Assembly (NCBI GenBank): GCA_964372275.1
Contig: CAYJRR010000045.1
Location: 1 to 33,251, forward strand
DNA from: an uncultured bacterium
Lineage (GTDB): Bacteria > CAYJRR01
Direction: 5' to 3'
Length of the DNA stretch: 33,251 bases
Shown in pieces: positions 20,094 to 29,250 of the stretch. Positions within the stretch are counted from its first letter, which is position 1. Each line of letters begins with the position of its first letter. Made by a program: the position numbers and the translations under genes. The notes beneath the pieces were generated by a model. The model had not been told where the DNA came from, did no database searches, and saw only the letters and a list, made by a program, of their open reading frames with translations.

Positions 20094-21197
20094 ATGGCGG
20101 AACATCACGACGAATCCGAACGCGACTCCTCTTCGAAAACCGAAGAGCCGTCCGAACGACGCCGCGAGGAGTTCGCGCAACGCGGCCAGAACGCCGTCTC
20201 TCCGAACCTGGTCACCGCCATCGCCTTCCTCGGCGCCGCCGCGACGATGGCCGTCTTCCTCCCGCGCGCGTCGGCCGCGGTCTTGGCCTTCTCGGCGCGG
20301 GTGTGGGCGTCCGGTAGCGTCGAGCCGACCGATCTCCTCCGTCGCGTCGCGGGCGACGGCTCCGCGGTCTTCGCCTGGGTCCTCCTCCCGATCGCCGGCG
20401 GCGCGCTCCTGGGAGGGATTGCCGCCAGCCTGGCGCAAGGGGCCGGCGGATTCCGGCCCGAGCTCGCCCTCCCGAACCCGAATCGGATCGATCCGATGGC
20501 CGGATTCATCCGGCTGTTCTCCAAGAAGGCGGCGATCGACACCGGCGCCAACCTGCTCCGCTTCGCCGTGGTCGCGGCCGTCGCCTGGAAGTCGATGGTG
20601 GAGGCGATCGAGGTCTTTTCCCAGGGACACGCCACCACCGCCGAGGCGAGCCGGAGCATCGGACGGGCGATGTGGACGGTCACCCTCCGCGCCGGGACGG
20701 CGCTGGTCGTTCTCGGCGTCCTCGACCACCTGATGAAGCGCCGCGAGCTGATGGAGAACCTCCGGATGACGCGGGAGGAGGCGATCCGGGAGCGGAAGCA
20801 GGAGGAAGGCGATCCGGGGATGCGCCACCGGCGCCGCGAGATGATGCGCAAGATGCTCCGGAAGAAGCCCCCGGCGCAGGCGATGAAACTCGCGACCTTC
20901 GTCGTCACCAACCCGACGCACTTCGCGGTGGCGCTGCAGTACAAGCCCGGGGTGACGCGCGCTCCGAAGGTGGTGGCCAAGGGGGCGGGGGCGCTCGCGC
21001 TCGCCATCCGCCGTGCCGCGAAGGAGGCCGGTGTGCCGCTGGTCGAGAATCCGCCTCTCGCCCGCGCACTCTTCCGCTCGGTTCCGGTCGGCGGAGAGAT
21101 CCCGCCGGCCCTCTACGAGGCGGTGGCCCGCATCCTCGCCTACCTCTATCGGATCTCGCGCGGCCTTCCCGCGTCGTTGCCGCCGGCAGGTCCCTGA
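20094..21197 (+). CDS. flhB: Flagellar export switch protein FlhB
   Basis: KTEEPS.RR, LRMTREE...E.KQEEGDP, autocleavage motif VTNPTHFAVAL, PLARAL. Confidence 0.97.
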   Translation: MAEHHDESERDSSSKTEEPSERRREEFAQRGQNAVSPNLVTAIAFLGAAATMAVFLPRASAAVLAFSARVWASGSVEPTDLLRRVAGDGSAVFAWVLLPIAGGALLGGIAASLAQGAGGFRPELALPNPNRIDPMAGFIRLFSKKAAIDTGANLLRFAVVAAVAWKSMVEAIEVFSQGHATTAEASRSIGRAMWTVTLRAGTALVVLGVLDHLMKRRELMENLRMTREEAIRERKQEEGDPGMRHRRREMMRKMLRKKPPAQAMKLATFVVTNPTHFAVALQYKPGVTRAPKVVAKGAGALALAIRRAAKEAGVPLVENPPLARALFRSVPVGGEIPPALYEAVARILAYLYRISRGLPASLPPAGP

Positions 21198-21206
21198 CGC
21201 CGGGCC

Positions 21207-21222
21207 CGTCAACCGGCTGACG
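21207..21222. promoter_or_regulatory. CGTCA-N6-TGACG palindrome (putative UAS for flhA)
   Basis: CGTCAACCGGCTGACG in the 125-nt flhB-flhA gap. Confidence 0.7.
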
Positions 21223-21294
21223 CCGACGCCTCTACCGCCCCGGGCCCACGTCGCAACAGCCCCGTGTTCCTCGGGAATCACCATCGGCATCGTC

Positions 21295-21310
21295 GGGAAC
21301 GACCGATGCA
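21295..21310 (+). promoter_or_regulatory. Variant sigma54 promoter upstream of flhA
   Basis: GGGAACGACCGATGCA (GG-N10-GC), about 80 bp downstream of the palindrome. Confidence 0.55.
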
Positions 21311-21322
21311 TCAGCTCCGCCC

Positions 21323-23401
21323 GTGGCCGAGAAGTCCGCCAAATCGCCGCCCGCCTCGCCCTCGTTCGACCGGGCGGCGCTCGTCCTTCCCTTCGCCCTG
21401 ATCGCGTTGTTGACGGTGATGTTGGTGCCGCTGCCGCCGGTGGTGATCGACGTGATGCTGGTGCTGTCGATCGCCGCATCGCTGGCGACCCTGATCATCG
21501 CAATCGGGATCGACGACCCGATGGCGTTCACCGTCTTCCCGACCCTGCTGCTGACCCTCACCCTCTACCGCCTGGCGCTGAACGTCGCGGCCACCCGGCT
21601 GATCCTCGCCGGGAACGGCGGTGACGGCGCAGCCGGCCGCGTGATCGGGGCGTTCGGCGAGTTCGTGGTCGGCGGGAACTACCTCGTCGGCCTGGTGGTG
21701 TTCGCGATCCTGCTGGTCATCAACTTCGTCGTCATCACCAAGGGCGCCGGCCGCATCGCCGAGGTCGCCGCCCGGTTCACCCTCGACGCCCTCCCCGGCA
21801 AGCAGATGGCGATCGACGCCGACCTGAACGCCGGGCTGATCGACGACAAGCAGGCCCGCGCCCGACGCCAGCAGGTCGGCCAGGAGGCGGACTTCTACGG
21901 CGCCATGGACGGTTCGAGCAAGTTCGTCCGCGGCGACGCGATCGCCGCGCTGATCATCACCGCCATCAACATCGTCGGCGGCTTCCTCATCGGGATCTTC
22001 CAACACGACCTCACGATGAAGGACTCGGCCACCCGGTACACGTCGCTGACCGTCGGCGACGGCCTCGCCTCGCAGATCCCGGCGCTGATCGTCTCGGTCG
22101 CCGCCGCGGTGGTGGTGACGCGCGTCTCCAAAGGGGTCTCGCTCTCCAGGCAAGTCACCTCCCAGATCGCGGCCGACACCAAATCGCTCTACACCGCCGC
22201 CGGAATCGTGTCGGTGATCGGCTTCCTCCCCGGAATGCCGTTCATCCCCTTCGTCCTGGTCGGCGGAATCTTCGCCGGCGTCGCCCACTGGGGGCGGAAC
22301 AAGAAGATCGTGGAGGAGGCGGTCGAGCCGGAGCCAGAGCTCTCTCCGGCGATGCAGGAGGAGGCCGAGCTCTCGCGCAGCATGAACGTCGAGCCGCTGG
22401 CGCTGACGATCGGCTACGACCTGGTGCCGCTGCTCGACAAGACGGCCGGGGGAGATCTACCCGACCGGATCCAGGGACTGCGCAAGCGGATCGCCCAGGA
22501 CATGGGCGTGATCGTGCCGCCCGTTCACATCTCGGACGATCCGACGCTGTCGGGCGGCCGCTACGCGGTGCACCTCAACGGGAGCGTCGTCGCGAAGGGC
22601 GACCTCTACGCCGAGCGCTTCCTGGCGATGGATCCGACCGGTCACCTGCCGCCGCTCCCCGGAATCAAGGGGAAGGACCCGGCCTTCGGGCTGCCGGCAA
22701 TCTGGATCGCCGCCGCCGACCGCGAGCGGGCGGCGATCGACGGCTGGACGGTCATTCCACCGACCGCGGTCCTGACCACGCACCTGTCGGAGGTGATCCG
22801 GCAGAACGCGGCCGAAATCCTGACCCGCGACGACCTCCAGCGGCTCCTCGACGGGCTGGCGGCGAAGCGGCCCAAGGCCGTGAAGGATCTCGTGCCCGAC
22901 GTCCTCCCCCTCACCATCGTGCTCACCGTCTGCCGCAACCTGCTGCGAGAGCGGATCCCGATCAAGGATCTCGGCTCCGTGATCGACGCCCTGGCGGAAG
23001 GGGCGACGGCGACCAAGGAACCGGAACCGCTGACCGAGCACGTGCGCAAGCGGCTGGCACGGGTGGTCAGCGCGCAGTTCGCCGACCGGGACGGATGCCT
23101 CTACGTCGCGACGATCGATCCGAAAGCCGAGGACCTCCTGGTCAAGAACGCGAAGGCCGACACCGCCCCGCCTCCCGGCTCGTTGGAGAAGATCATCACT
23201 TCGATCGGCAACGCCGCGCGCTCGATGGTGAACGCCGGCCGCACGCCTGTCATCGTCGCCAGCGGCGACGTCCGCCGAGCCCTTCGTCAGCTCGTAGCCC
23301 GCACCGCCCCCGGAACACACGTCATCTCCTACGACGAGGTCGCCGACGCGGCCTCGCTCAAGACCGTCGCGAGGATCGGATTCCATGGCGAGCTTGCATA
23401 G
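21323..23401 (+). CDS. flhA: Flagellar export protein FlhA
   Basis: FPTLLL.TLYRLALNVAATRLIL, ITKGAGRIAEVAARFTLDALPGKQMAIDADL, FYGAMDGSSKFVRGDA. Confidence 0.98.
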   Translation: MAEKSAKSPPASPSFDRAALVLPFALIALLTVMLVPLPPVVIDVMLVLSIAASLATLIIAIGIDDPMAFTVFPTLLLTLTLYRLALNVAATRLILAGNGGDGAAGRVIGAFGEFVVGGNYLVGLVVFAILLVINFVVITKGAGRIAEVAARFTLDALPGKQMAIDADLNAGLIDDKQARARRQQVGQEADFYGAMDGSSKFVRGDAIAALIITAINIVGGFLIGIFQHDLTMKDSATRYTSLTVGDGLASQIPALIVSVAAAVVVTRVSKGVSLSRQVTSQIAADTKSLYTAAGIVSVIGFLPGMPFIPFVLVGGIFAGVAHWGRNKKIVEEAVEPEPELSPAMQEEAELSRSMNVEPLALTIGYDLVPLLDKTAGGDLPDRIQGLRKRIAQDMGVIVPPVHISDDPTLSGGRYAVHLNGSVVAKGDLYAERFLAMDPTGHLPPLPGIKGKDPAFGLPAIWIAAADRERAAIDGWTVIPPTAVLTTHLSEVIRQNAAEILTRDDLQRLLDGLAAKRPKAVKDLVPDVLPLTIVLTVCRNLLRERIPIKDLGSVIDALAEGATATKEPEPLTEHVRKRLARVVSAQFADRDGCLYVATIDPKAEDLLVKNAKADTAPPPGSLEKIITSIGNAARSMVNAGRTPVIVASGDVRRALRQLVARTAPGTHVISYDEVADAASLKTVARIGFHGELA

Positions 23402-24827
23402 ATTCACGGGTGAGACCTACTCCGAGGCGATCTCCAAGGTGAAGGAGGCGCTCGGACCCGACGCGATGATCGTCAGCGCGATCTCGCGTCCGAAGAACGG
23501 GCCGCTGTCGCTGTTGATCCGCGACTCGGTGCAGGTGCTGGCCTCCGAGCCGGAGGTCCGGATCACGTCGCCGGAGCCCGCCCCCGTCAGGGCCGCCGGA
23601 ACGCCGGCGGCGCGGGCCGGCTCGATCGCGGAGGAGATCGCCGCCGCGCGCGGCGTACCGTCCGACATGCCGATCCCCGCCGATCCCCGGAAGCGTGGCT
23701 CGATCCAGGATCTGATCGCGACGATCCGGACGAACGCCGCTAACGCCTCCCCGTCCGGCGCACCGACCAGTCCGCTCGAGCCGGTGCCTCCGCTCCCCAA
23801 GAAGAAACCGCCTATCGAGATCCCGGACGTGAGCGACTTCCTCGAGCTCGCCCCGGCGCCGATCCCGGCGGCGACGCGCTGGAGCGTGCCGAACCTGCCG
23901 CCGACTCCCGGCCCGGCCACGATCGCCGCCGAGACCGCCCCGCCCGCCGGACAGATCGAGATCGACTGCCGTGTTCCGGATCCGGAGGAGATCGAGCCTT
24001 TCGACGTGGCGGCCATCGCCGACATCGGCGCCGCCGAGATCGACGACCTCCTCGCCCTCCCCGTCGGCGCTTCGGCGATCAAGGTCCTCGAACGCCAGGG
24101 ACTATCGGCCGCCGTCTTGCGGCACCTCCAGGAAGGCCCGGTCGATCACGCGTCGATCCGGCACCGGCTGGAGATGATCGCGCCGACCGCACCGGCGATC
24201 GAACCGACGTCGCCGAACCCACCGGTCCACGCGTTCGTCGGTCCGTCCGGCGCCGGGAAGACGGCGTTCATCGCGAGCCTCGCGACGGCCTACCGCGGCG
24301 CTGGCAAGCGGGTTGCGGTGCTCATCGCCGATCCGATGCACCGCGTGAACGGCGCGTCCCTTGCCGGCGCGAAACCGGCGCGCAGCTCCACCGAACTGCG
24401 CGCGCTGATCACCGGCTACTCCGGCCACGACGCGATCCTCATCGACACCCCGAGCGATGCCGATTCGATCCGCGAGGTTGGACGGATGCTGTGCGGGCTG
24501 CTTCCGGGGACGGTACATCTGGTCCTCCGGGCGACCGATTCCGACGCCGAGATGACGGCGCAGATCGAGCAGTTCGCCGCGCTCGAGGCCGACGACCTGG
24601 TGGTGACCCATCTGGACCAGGCGACCACCTGGGCGGGTGCGGTGAACGCCTGCGCCATCGCCGACTGCGGCATCTCCTACGCGGCCTTCGGCACCGATCC
24701 TTCGGCGATCGAGGCGTATTCGAGCCGGCGCCTGACCGGGGACCTGCTCGCGGAGGCGGTGCCGGCCGCGGTTACCGACGAAACGTCGATCGATCCGTAT
24801 CACGGGATCGAGCTGGGGTCTGCATGA
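23385..24827 (+). CDS. flhF: FlhF-like SRP-family protein with degenerate GTPase motifs
   Basis: N-terminal F.GET..EAI.KVKEALGPDAMIVS; Pro-rich linker; P-loop FVGPSGAGKT; ILIDTP; VVTHLD; follows flhA. Confidence 0.85.
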   Translation: MASLHRFTGETYSEAISKVKEALGPDAMIVSAISRPKNGPLSLLIRDSVQVLASEPEVRITSPEPAPVRAAGTPAARAGSIAEEIAAARGVPSDMPIPADPRKRGSIQDLIATIRTNAANASPSGAPTSPLEPVPPLPKKKPPIEIPDVSDFLELAPAPIPAATRWSVPNLPPTPGPATIAAETAPPAGQIEIDCRVPDPEEIEPFDVAAIADIGAAEIDDLLALPVGASAIKVLERQGLSAAVLRHLQEGPVDHASIRHRLEMIAPTAPAIEPTSPNPPVHAFVGPSGAGKTAFIASLATAYRGAGKRVAVLIADPMHRVNGASLAGAKPARSSTELRALITGYSGHDAILIDTPSDADSIREVGRMLCGLLPGTVHLVLRATDSDAEMTAQIEQFAALEADDLVVTHLDQATTWAGAVNACAIADCGISYAAFGTDPSAIEAYSSRRLTGDLLAEAVPAAVTDETSIDPYHGIELGSA

Positions 24828-25600
24828 CGCTGGCCGCCGTCGATGCCGCCCTGTCGCATTTCCATGCCGGAGATGCGCAGGAGTCCGAGCTGCGACGGCG
24901 GCTGGTCGCCGATCATCTCTCGCTCGCCAGCGAAATCGCCTCGCGAATGCTGAACCGGATTCCCGCCGGCCTCACCCGCGATGACCTGGTGTCGATCGGC
25001 GTGTTGGGCCTGATCGACGCGGCCCGCCGCTACGATCTCTCGACCGCGAGCAATGCCGGCTTCCGCGCCTACGCCGCGATCCGGATCCGGGGCGCGATCG
25101 TCGATCACATCCGCAGCCGGGACCTCGTACCCCGCTCCGCCCGCGATGCATCCCGTGAGATCGAGGCGGCGTTCCGCAAGCTGCGGAGCCACCTCGGACG
25201 CGATCCGAGCGATGCCGAGATGGCGGCCGAGCTGAAGACCAGCGAGGAGGAGTTCCGGAACCGGCTGGAAGCGTCGCGCGCCGCGATGGCCGTCGGGACG
25301 GAAGCCTCGCTCTTCGACGAGGAGGGGGAGGAGACCTCCGCCGACACCGAGCAGCCCGACGCCTTCGAGCTCGTCAGCCGCGCGGAGCTCGCCGGCGCGC
25401 TGCAGGAGGTCCTGAAGACGCTCCCCGAGTCGATGCGCTCGGTGTTGACGCTCTACTACTACGACGAATTGAACTACGCCGAGATCGCCCAGGTCCTCGG
25501 CGTCACCGTCTCGCGCGTCTCTCAGATCCATTCGGCCGCGCTCCTCAAGATGCGCGCACGACTTCACCAATCCAAGATCGAGAAGGGGGTCACGACGTGA
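24824..25600 (+). CDS. fliA: Flagellar sigma factor FliA/WhiG (sigma28)
   Basis: ATG overlaps the flhF stop; DDLVSIGVLGLIDA, F.AYA.IRIRGAIVD.IR..D.VPRS.R, LYYYDELNYAEIAQVLGVTVSRVSQIH. Confidence 0.96.
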   Translation: MTLAAVDAALSHFHAGDAQESELRRRLVADHLSLASEIASRMLNRIPAGLTRDDLVSIGVLGLIDAARRYDLSTASNAGFRAYAAIRIRGAIVDHIRSRDLVPRSARDASREIEAAFRKLRSHLGRDPSDAEMAAELKTSEEEFRNRLEASRAAMAVGTEASLFDEEGEETSADTEQPDAFELVSRAELAGALQEVLKTLPESMRSVLTLYYYDELNYAEIAQVLGVTVSRVSQIHSAALLKMRARLHQSKIEKGVTT

Positions 25601-26307
25601 CGCCGCAAGCCCGCCGCACGATCGCCGCTCTTTTTCTCTCGCTCGCGCTCCTGACCGCGTGCGTCGGACCGGAGACCTTCGTCGTCGACGGAACGCTGAC
25701 CGTGACCGACGGGGACGGGAACGACCTGTCGACGGGCGGCAAGGTGTTCGAGGGAACGACGCTGATCTTCGGCGTGAACGTGAACCGCACCACGCCGTCG
25801 GACACCGAAGGGGGCTCCCCCACCGTCGAGCCGGCCGCGGGCGAGGAGATCACCTTCACCATCGACGATTCCACCGGCGGGTTCGCGGGCCCGCGCCACG
25901 CGGTCACCGACGCCAACGGCCACGCGCAGGTCACCGTGGTGACCGGCGAGCGCGACGGACGGGTCGAAGTGAAGGTGCGCGCCGAGCACTCCGACAACGC
26001 CAGCAGCTACGCCCCGATCGAATCGTTCGCGGAATCGCAGTACCTGACGATCGACTTCGCCGCGGACGAGACCAGCACCATGGCCGTCGCCACCCTCCTG
26101 AACATGGTCGGAACCCCGGCCATTGGCGAGGAGGTCCGATTCCGGATCCTCGAGTCGGAGATCGACTCCGGCTCGATCGTCGGCGTCGCAACCACCGACA
26201 GCTCCGGCATCGCCTCCGCGGTGATCCTTTCCCCGCCTCCGGGCACGATGGTGATCGAGGCCAAGGCCGACCGCGCCCGGCCGGTGCAGGGTTCGATCAC
26301 TTTCTAG
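25597..26307 (+). CDS. Putative lipoprotein with Ig-like (invasin/Big-1-like) beta-rich repeats
   Basis: Signal peptide with lipobox LLTA-C; two similar segments AGEEITFTI...AVTDANGHAQVTV and IGEEVRFRI...ATTDSSGIASAVI; GTGA overlap with fliA. Confidence 0.75.
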   Translation: MTPQARRTIAALFLSLALLTACVGPETFVVDGTLTVTDGDGNDLSTGGKVFEGTTLIFGVNVNRTTPSDTEGGSPTVEPAAGEEITFTIDDSTGGFAGPRHAVTDANGHAQVTVVTGERDGRVEVKVRAEHSDNASSYAPIESFAESQYLTIDFAADETSTMAVATLLNMVGTPAIGEEVRFRILESEIDSGSIVGVATTDSSGIASAVILSPPPGTMVIEAKADRARPVQGSITF

Positions 26308-26310
26308 CCG

Positions 26311-27045
26311 TCACTCGCCCTTCTGTCGGACGTGGGCGTTCATCGCCATCAGCTCCGGCGTGCGCCGGACCAGGTCGACGAGCTCGTCGAACGACGGGCG
26401 CCGGTCGGGAAGACCGGCGAGGGCGTGGATCCGCCGGATCAGGGCGAGATCGTCCTCCGTGTCGACGGTCCAGCGCAGGTCCGAGTCGTCGCGCGCCTGC
26501 ACGACGTCTCGCCGGACGAAGAGCTCCGGCCGCTCGCGGTGCAGGTAGTAGGTCACGTGCTCCCTCGACGGCGCCGACGTCGCCATCCGGTGCATCCGGC
26601 AGAGGACGTCGACGTGAAACGCCTCGGCATCGAGTCCCCGCGGAAACGTTCGCACCACGGTGTTCGAGGCGTAATCGCACGGATCGGCCGGATCGGTCAC
26701 GCTTCGAACGACGGCGTCGACCGTGACAGGGTCGATAAGTGGACAGTCGGCCGTGACGCGAACGACCACGTCGGCCCGCGCCTCCCGAGCCGCCCCGACG
26801 TAACGTGACAGCACGTCGGACTCGCTTCCCCGAAACCAGGGGATACCCTCCGCGCGCGCGAGGGCCACGACCGCGTCGTCCCCGGAGCCGGTCGTGGTAG
26901 CGACGAGGACGTCGTCGACGGCTCGGCACTCGCGCAACCTCGAGAGCTGGTGGGCGAGCATCGAACGACCCGACACCTCCGCGAGCACCTTTCCGGGTAG
27001 CCTCGTCGACGACATCCGCGCCTGAACGATGACCACCCGCCTCAT
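26311..27045 (-). CDS. SpsF-type acylneuraminate/nonulosonate cytidylyltransferase-family protein
   Basis: IVQARMSSTRLPGKVL, FRGSESDVLSRY, VRVTADCPLIDP, REHVT, RWTVDT.ED. Confidence 0.92.
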   Translation of the reverse strand: MRRVVIVQARMSSTRLPGKVLAEVSGRSMLAHQLSRLRECRAVDDVLVATTTGSGDDAVVALARAEGIPWFRGSESDVLSRYVGAAREARADVVVRVTADCPLIDPVTVDAVVRSVTDPADPCDYASNTVVRTFPRGLDAEAFHVDVLCRMHRMATSAPSREHVTYYLHRERPELFVRRDVVQARDDSDLRWTVDTEDDLALIRRIHALAGLPDRRPSFDELVDLVRRTPELMAMNAHVRQKGE

Positions 27046-27066
27046 GGCCGCCTCGCGATCTCCGAT

Positions 27067-27714
27067 TCAGGTCCGCTCGAACAGCCACCAGGTCAAGTCG
27101 TCCCACGCATCGCTCTTCGCGAGGAAGCCGCGCTTGCGGAGAACGAGTTCGGGGAAGAGGCTCGCGTAGAGTCCGCCGAAATCCCGCTTGAAGAGAGCCC
27201 CCTCCTGGCCGCGATACGGGACCTCGGTCGGCTGGTCGGCGTAGTACTCGCCGCACAGGACCCACCGGCTGGAGCAACGGACGACTTCGCCCATCACCAG
27301 CGGCAACGACTCTTCCGGCTGGTGGATGAGGACGCCCATGGTGAATGTGAGGTCGAACCATCGATCACGGAACGGCAGCTCCCGGGCGGGAGACCAGACG
27401 GCGTTCACGCCGGGGACCGACGTTCGAAGCTCGTGCAAGGCGTTCCGATTGATGTCCACACCGAACACGTTGCCCGGCTCGACGCACGTCGCGATCCACG
27501 TCAGGTTCTGACCGACGTTGCATCCCACCTCGAGCACCTTCCGTGCGGGAAACTCCCCCAGGAGTCCGCGCCAGAACGGCTCACGCGATGCGGCCGCACC
27601 CCGGTTGCGCTCGATGTATTCGTTGCCGAAGGCACCTCCCCACAACGATTCGAGGCGCTCCACGTCCGATCGCGCACCCTCTTCCTTCCGCGACATGCGC
27701 ACTGACAGTGGCAC
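27067..27714 (-). CDS. Pseudaminic acid biosynthesis-associated class I SAM methyltransferase
   Basis: WGGAFGNEYIERN, VLEVGCNVGQNL, GVLIH, EYY...EVPYRG...LFKRDF. Start uncertain (27714, 27696 or 27663). Confidence 0.88.
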   Translation of the reverse strand: MPLSVRMSRKEEGARSDVERLESLWGGAFGNEYIERNRGAAASREPFWRGLLGEFPARKVLEVGCNVGQNLTWIATCVEPGNVFGVDINRNALHELRTSVPGVNAVWSPARELPFRDRWFDLTFTMGVLIHQPEESLPLVMGEVVRCSSRWVLCGEYYADQPTEVPYRGQEGALFKRDFGGLYASLFPELVLRKRGFLAKSDAWDDLTWWLFERT

Positions 27715-27729
27715 CAGAAATGCGATCGG

Positions 27730-29250
27730 TCAATGACCGGATCCCGACGAGCGTCGGTAGATGGAGAACGATCGCGAATCGACGTCGCGCACACCAACCT
27801 TCTCGAATCCGGCCGACTCGAAGGCCCTCCGGCTCGCGACGTTCGAGTCGAGAATCCAGGCCTCCAGCTCGCGTGTGCCGAGCGCCGGCGCCCAGGAGCG
27901 GCAGAGTTGCTCGAGCGCCCACCGGCCGACACCGGCGCCACGGGCGGACGAGTCGATCGCGATCGACACCTCCGCCCGTTCGACGCCCGAGGCGTCGCGC
28001 CGTTTCTGGAGCCGGACGACACCGACGCTCCGGCGGCCGGTCTCGACGACCAGGAGCACCGTATCGCGATCCGCCAGGCGATCGCGAAACCACCGCTGAT
28101 GATCGATCCACGGGATGGGCTCCGTCGACCGCGAGACTTCCCGCACCGAGGGGTCGTTGTTCCAACGCCAGATCGCTTCGACGTCCTCGGCCGTCGCCCG
28201 GCGCAGGTTCCACGTTCCGCCCTCGACGTCCTCCTCCCGGACCGCGACGTTCGGCGCGACGTCCCGCGACGCTTTCCGTCCCAGGAGCCCTTCCCACCGC
28301 GCGGGCGCCAGACCTGCCGGCAACTTGCCGCACCGGAGCGCGGCGACGTTGCTCTCGTCGAAACGGTCACCGGAGCGGATCGGCCGGATGGCGAAGAGGC
28401 TCCGCCGGGCGAACGATCGGAGCTCCGTCTCCGCCGGCAAGGGCACCTTCCGCCCGTCTCCGAGTGCACGCTCGACCGCGCGGATCGTGGAGACCATGTC
28501 CGCCAGCTCGCCGGGCTCGATCGCGAACTTGTGGTCCGGTCCGGGGAGCGTCCGATCGAGCGTGAAGTGCTTCTCGATCACCCGTGCGCCGAGCGCGACC
28601 GCGGACGTCGGCGCGATCGTCGGCTCGGACGTGTGATCCGAGAGACCGGTGAGGCAGCCAAACCGTTCGGCCATGGAGAGCATGGCCCGCAGGTTCGACT
28701 GCTCGATGGGGGCCGGATAACTCGCCGTGCACTGCAACAGCACCGGCGCCTTTCCCCCGGCGCGGCGGACGACGTCGACCGCCTCGGCCACCTCCTCCAG
28801 GTCGGCCGCGCCGGTCGACAGGATGAGCGGTTTTCCCTTGGCCGCCATCCGCGCGAGCAGCGGGTGGTGGGTCAGCTCGTAGCTGGCGCACTTGTGCACC
28901 GTCACGTACGGATCCAGCACGTCGAGGGCGGCCTCGTCGAAGACCGAGGCCATGAACTCGATCCCCCGCGAATTGCATTCCGACTTGAGCAGCGGCAACC
29001 AGGATGGCGGCAGCTCCATCCGCTCGATGATCGAGTAGATCGATTCCTTCGAACCTAGGTAATCGCTGACCCCCGCTTCACGGGCGTAGAGCTTCGCGGC
29101 AGTGAACAGCTGAAACTTGACCGCATCGGCCCCGGCCTCCGCCGCGACGTGGATCAGCCGTCGTGCCCGCTCGAGATCGCCGTCGTGATTGCTTCCGGCC
29201 TCTGCAATCACGAAGCACCCACCGGCCGACATCCGTTCGCCGAACTTCAT
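27730..29250 (-). CDS. NeuB/PseI-family nonulosonate synthase (NeuB + SAF) fused to a C-terminal GNAT acetyltransferase (PseH-like)
   Basis: ATG 29250 overlaps the upstream stop; FVIAEAGSNHDGD, ADAVKFQ, LILSTG, GLSDHT, IEKHFTLDR..GPDH, ARRSL; then LRRAT.ED...IWRWNNDP.VR...H.RWF...N.ASRRAFESAGF. Confidence 0.93.
   Translation of the reverse strand: MKFGERMSAGGCFVIAEAGSNHDGDLERARRLIHVAAEAGADAVKFQLFTAAKLYAREAGVSDYLGSKESIYSIIERMELPPSWLPLLKSECNSRGIEFMASVFDEAALDVLDPYVTVHKCASYELTHHPLLARMAAKGKPLILSTGAADLEEVAEAVDVVRRAGGKAPVLLQCTASYPAPIEQSNLRAMLSMAERFGCLTGLSDHTSEPTIAPTSAVALGARVIEKHFTLDRTLPGPDHKFAIEPGELADMVSTIRAVERALGDGRKVPLPAETELRSFARRSLFAIRPIRSGDRFDESNVAALRCGKLPAGLAPARWEGLLGRKASRDVAPNVAVREEDVEGGTWNLRRATAEDVEAIWRWNNDPSVREVSRSTEPIPWIDHQRWFRDRLADRDTVLLVVETGRRSVGVVRLQKRRDASGVERAEVSIAIDSSARGAGVGRWALEQLCRSWAPALGTRELEAWILDSNVASRRAFESAGFEKVGVRDVDSRSFSIYRRSSGSGH

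Noticed and set aside
8349-23401. Non-flagellar type III secretion system (injectisome)
   Set aside because: Rod, hook, hook cap, stator and sigma28 genes are present, so the export genes are flagellar.
25930-25943. Perfect GTCA-N6-TGAC inside the lipoprotein gene
   Set aside because: Explained by Val-Thr codons (GTC ACC GTG GTG ACC); lacks the C/G flanks of the intergenic boxes and has no nearby promoter. It shows that chance matches occur.
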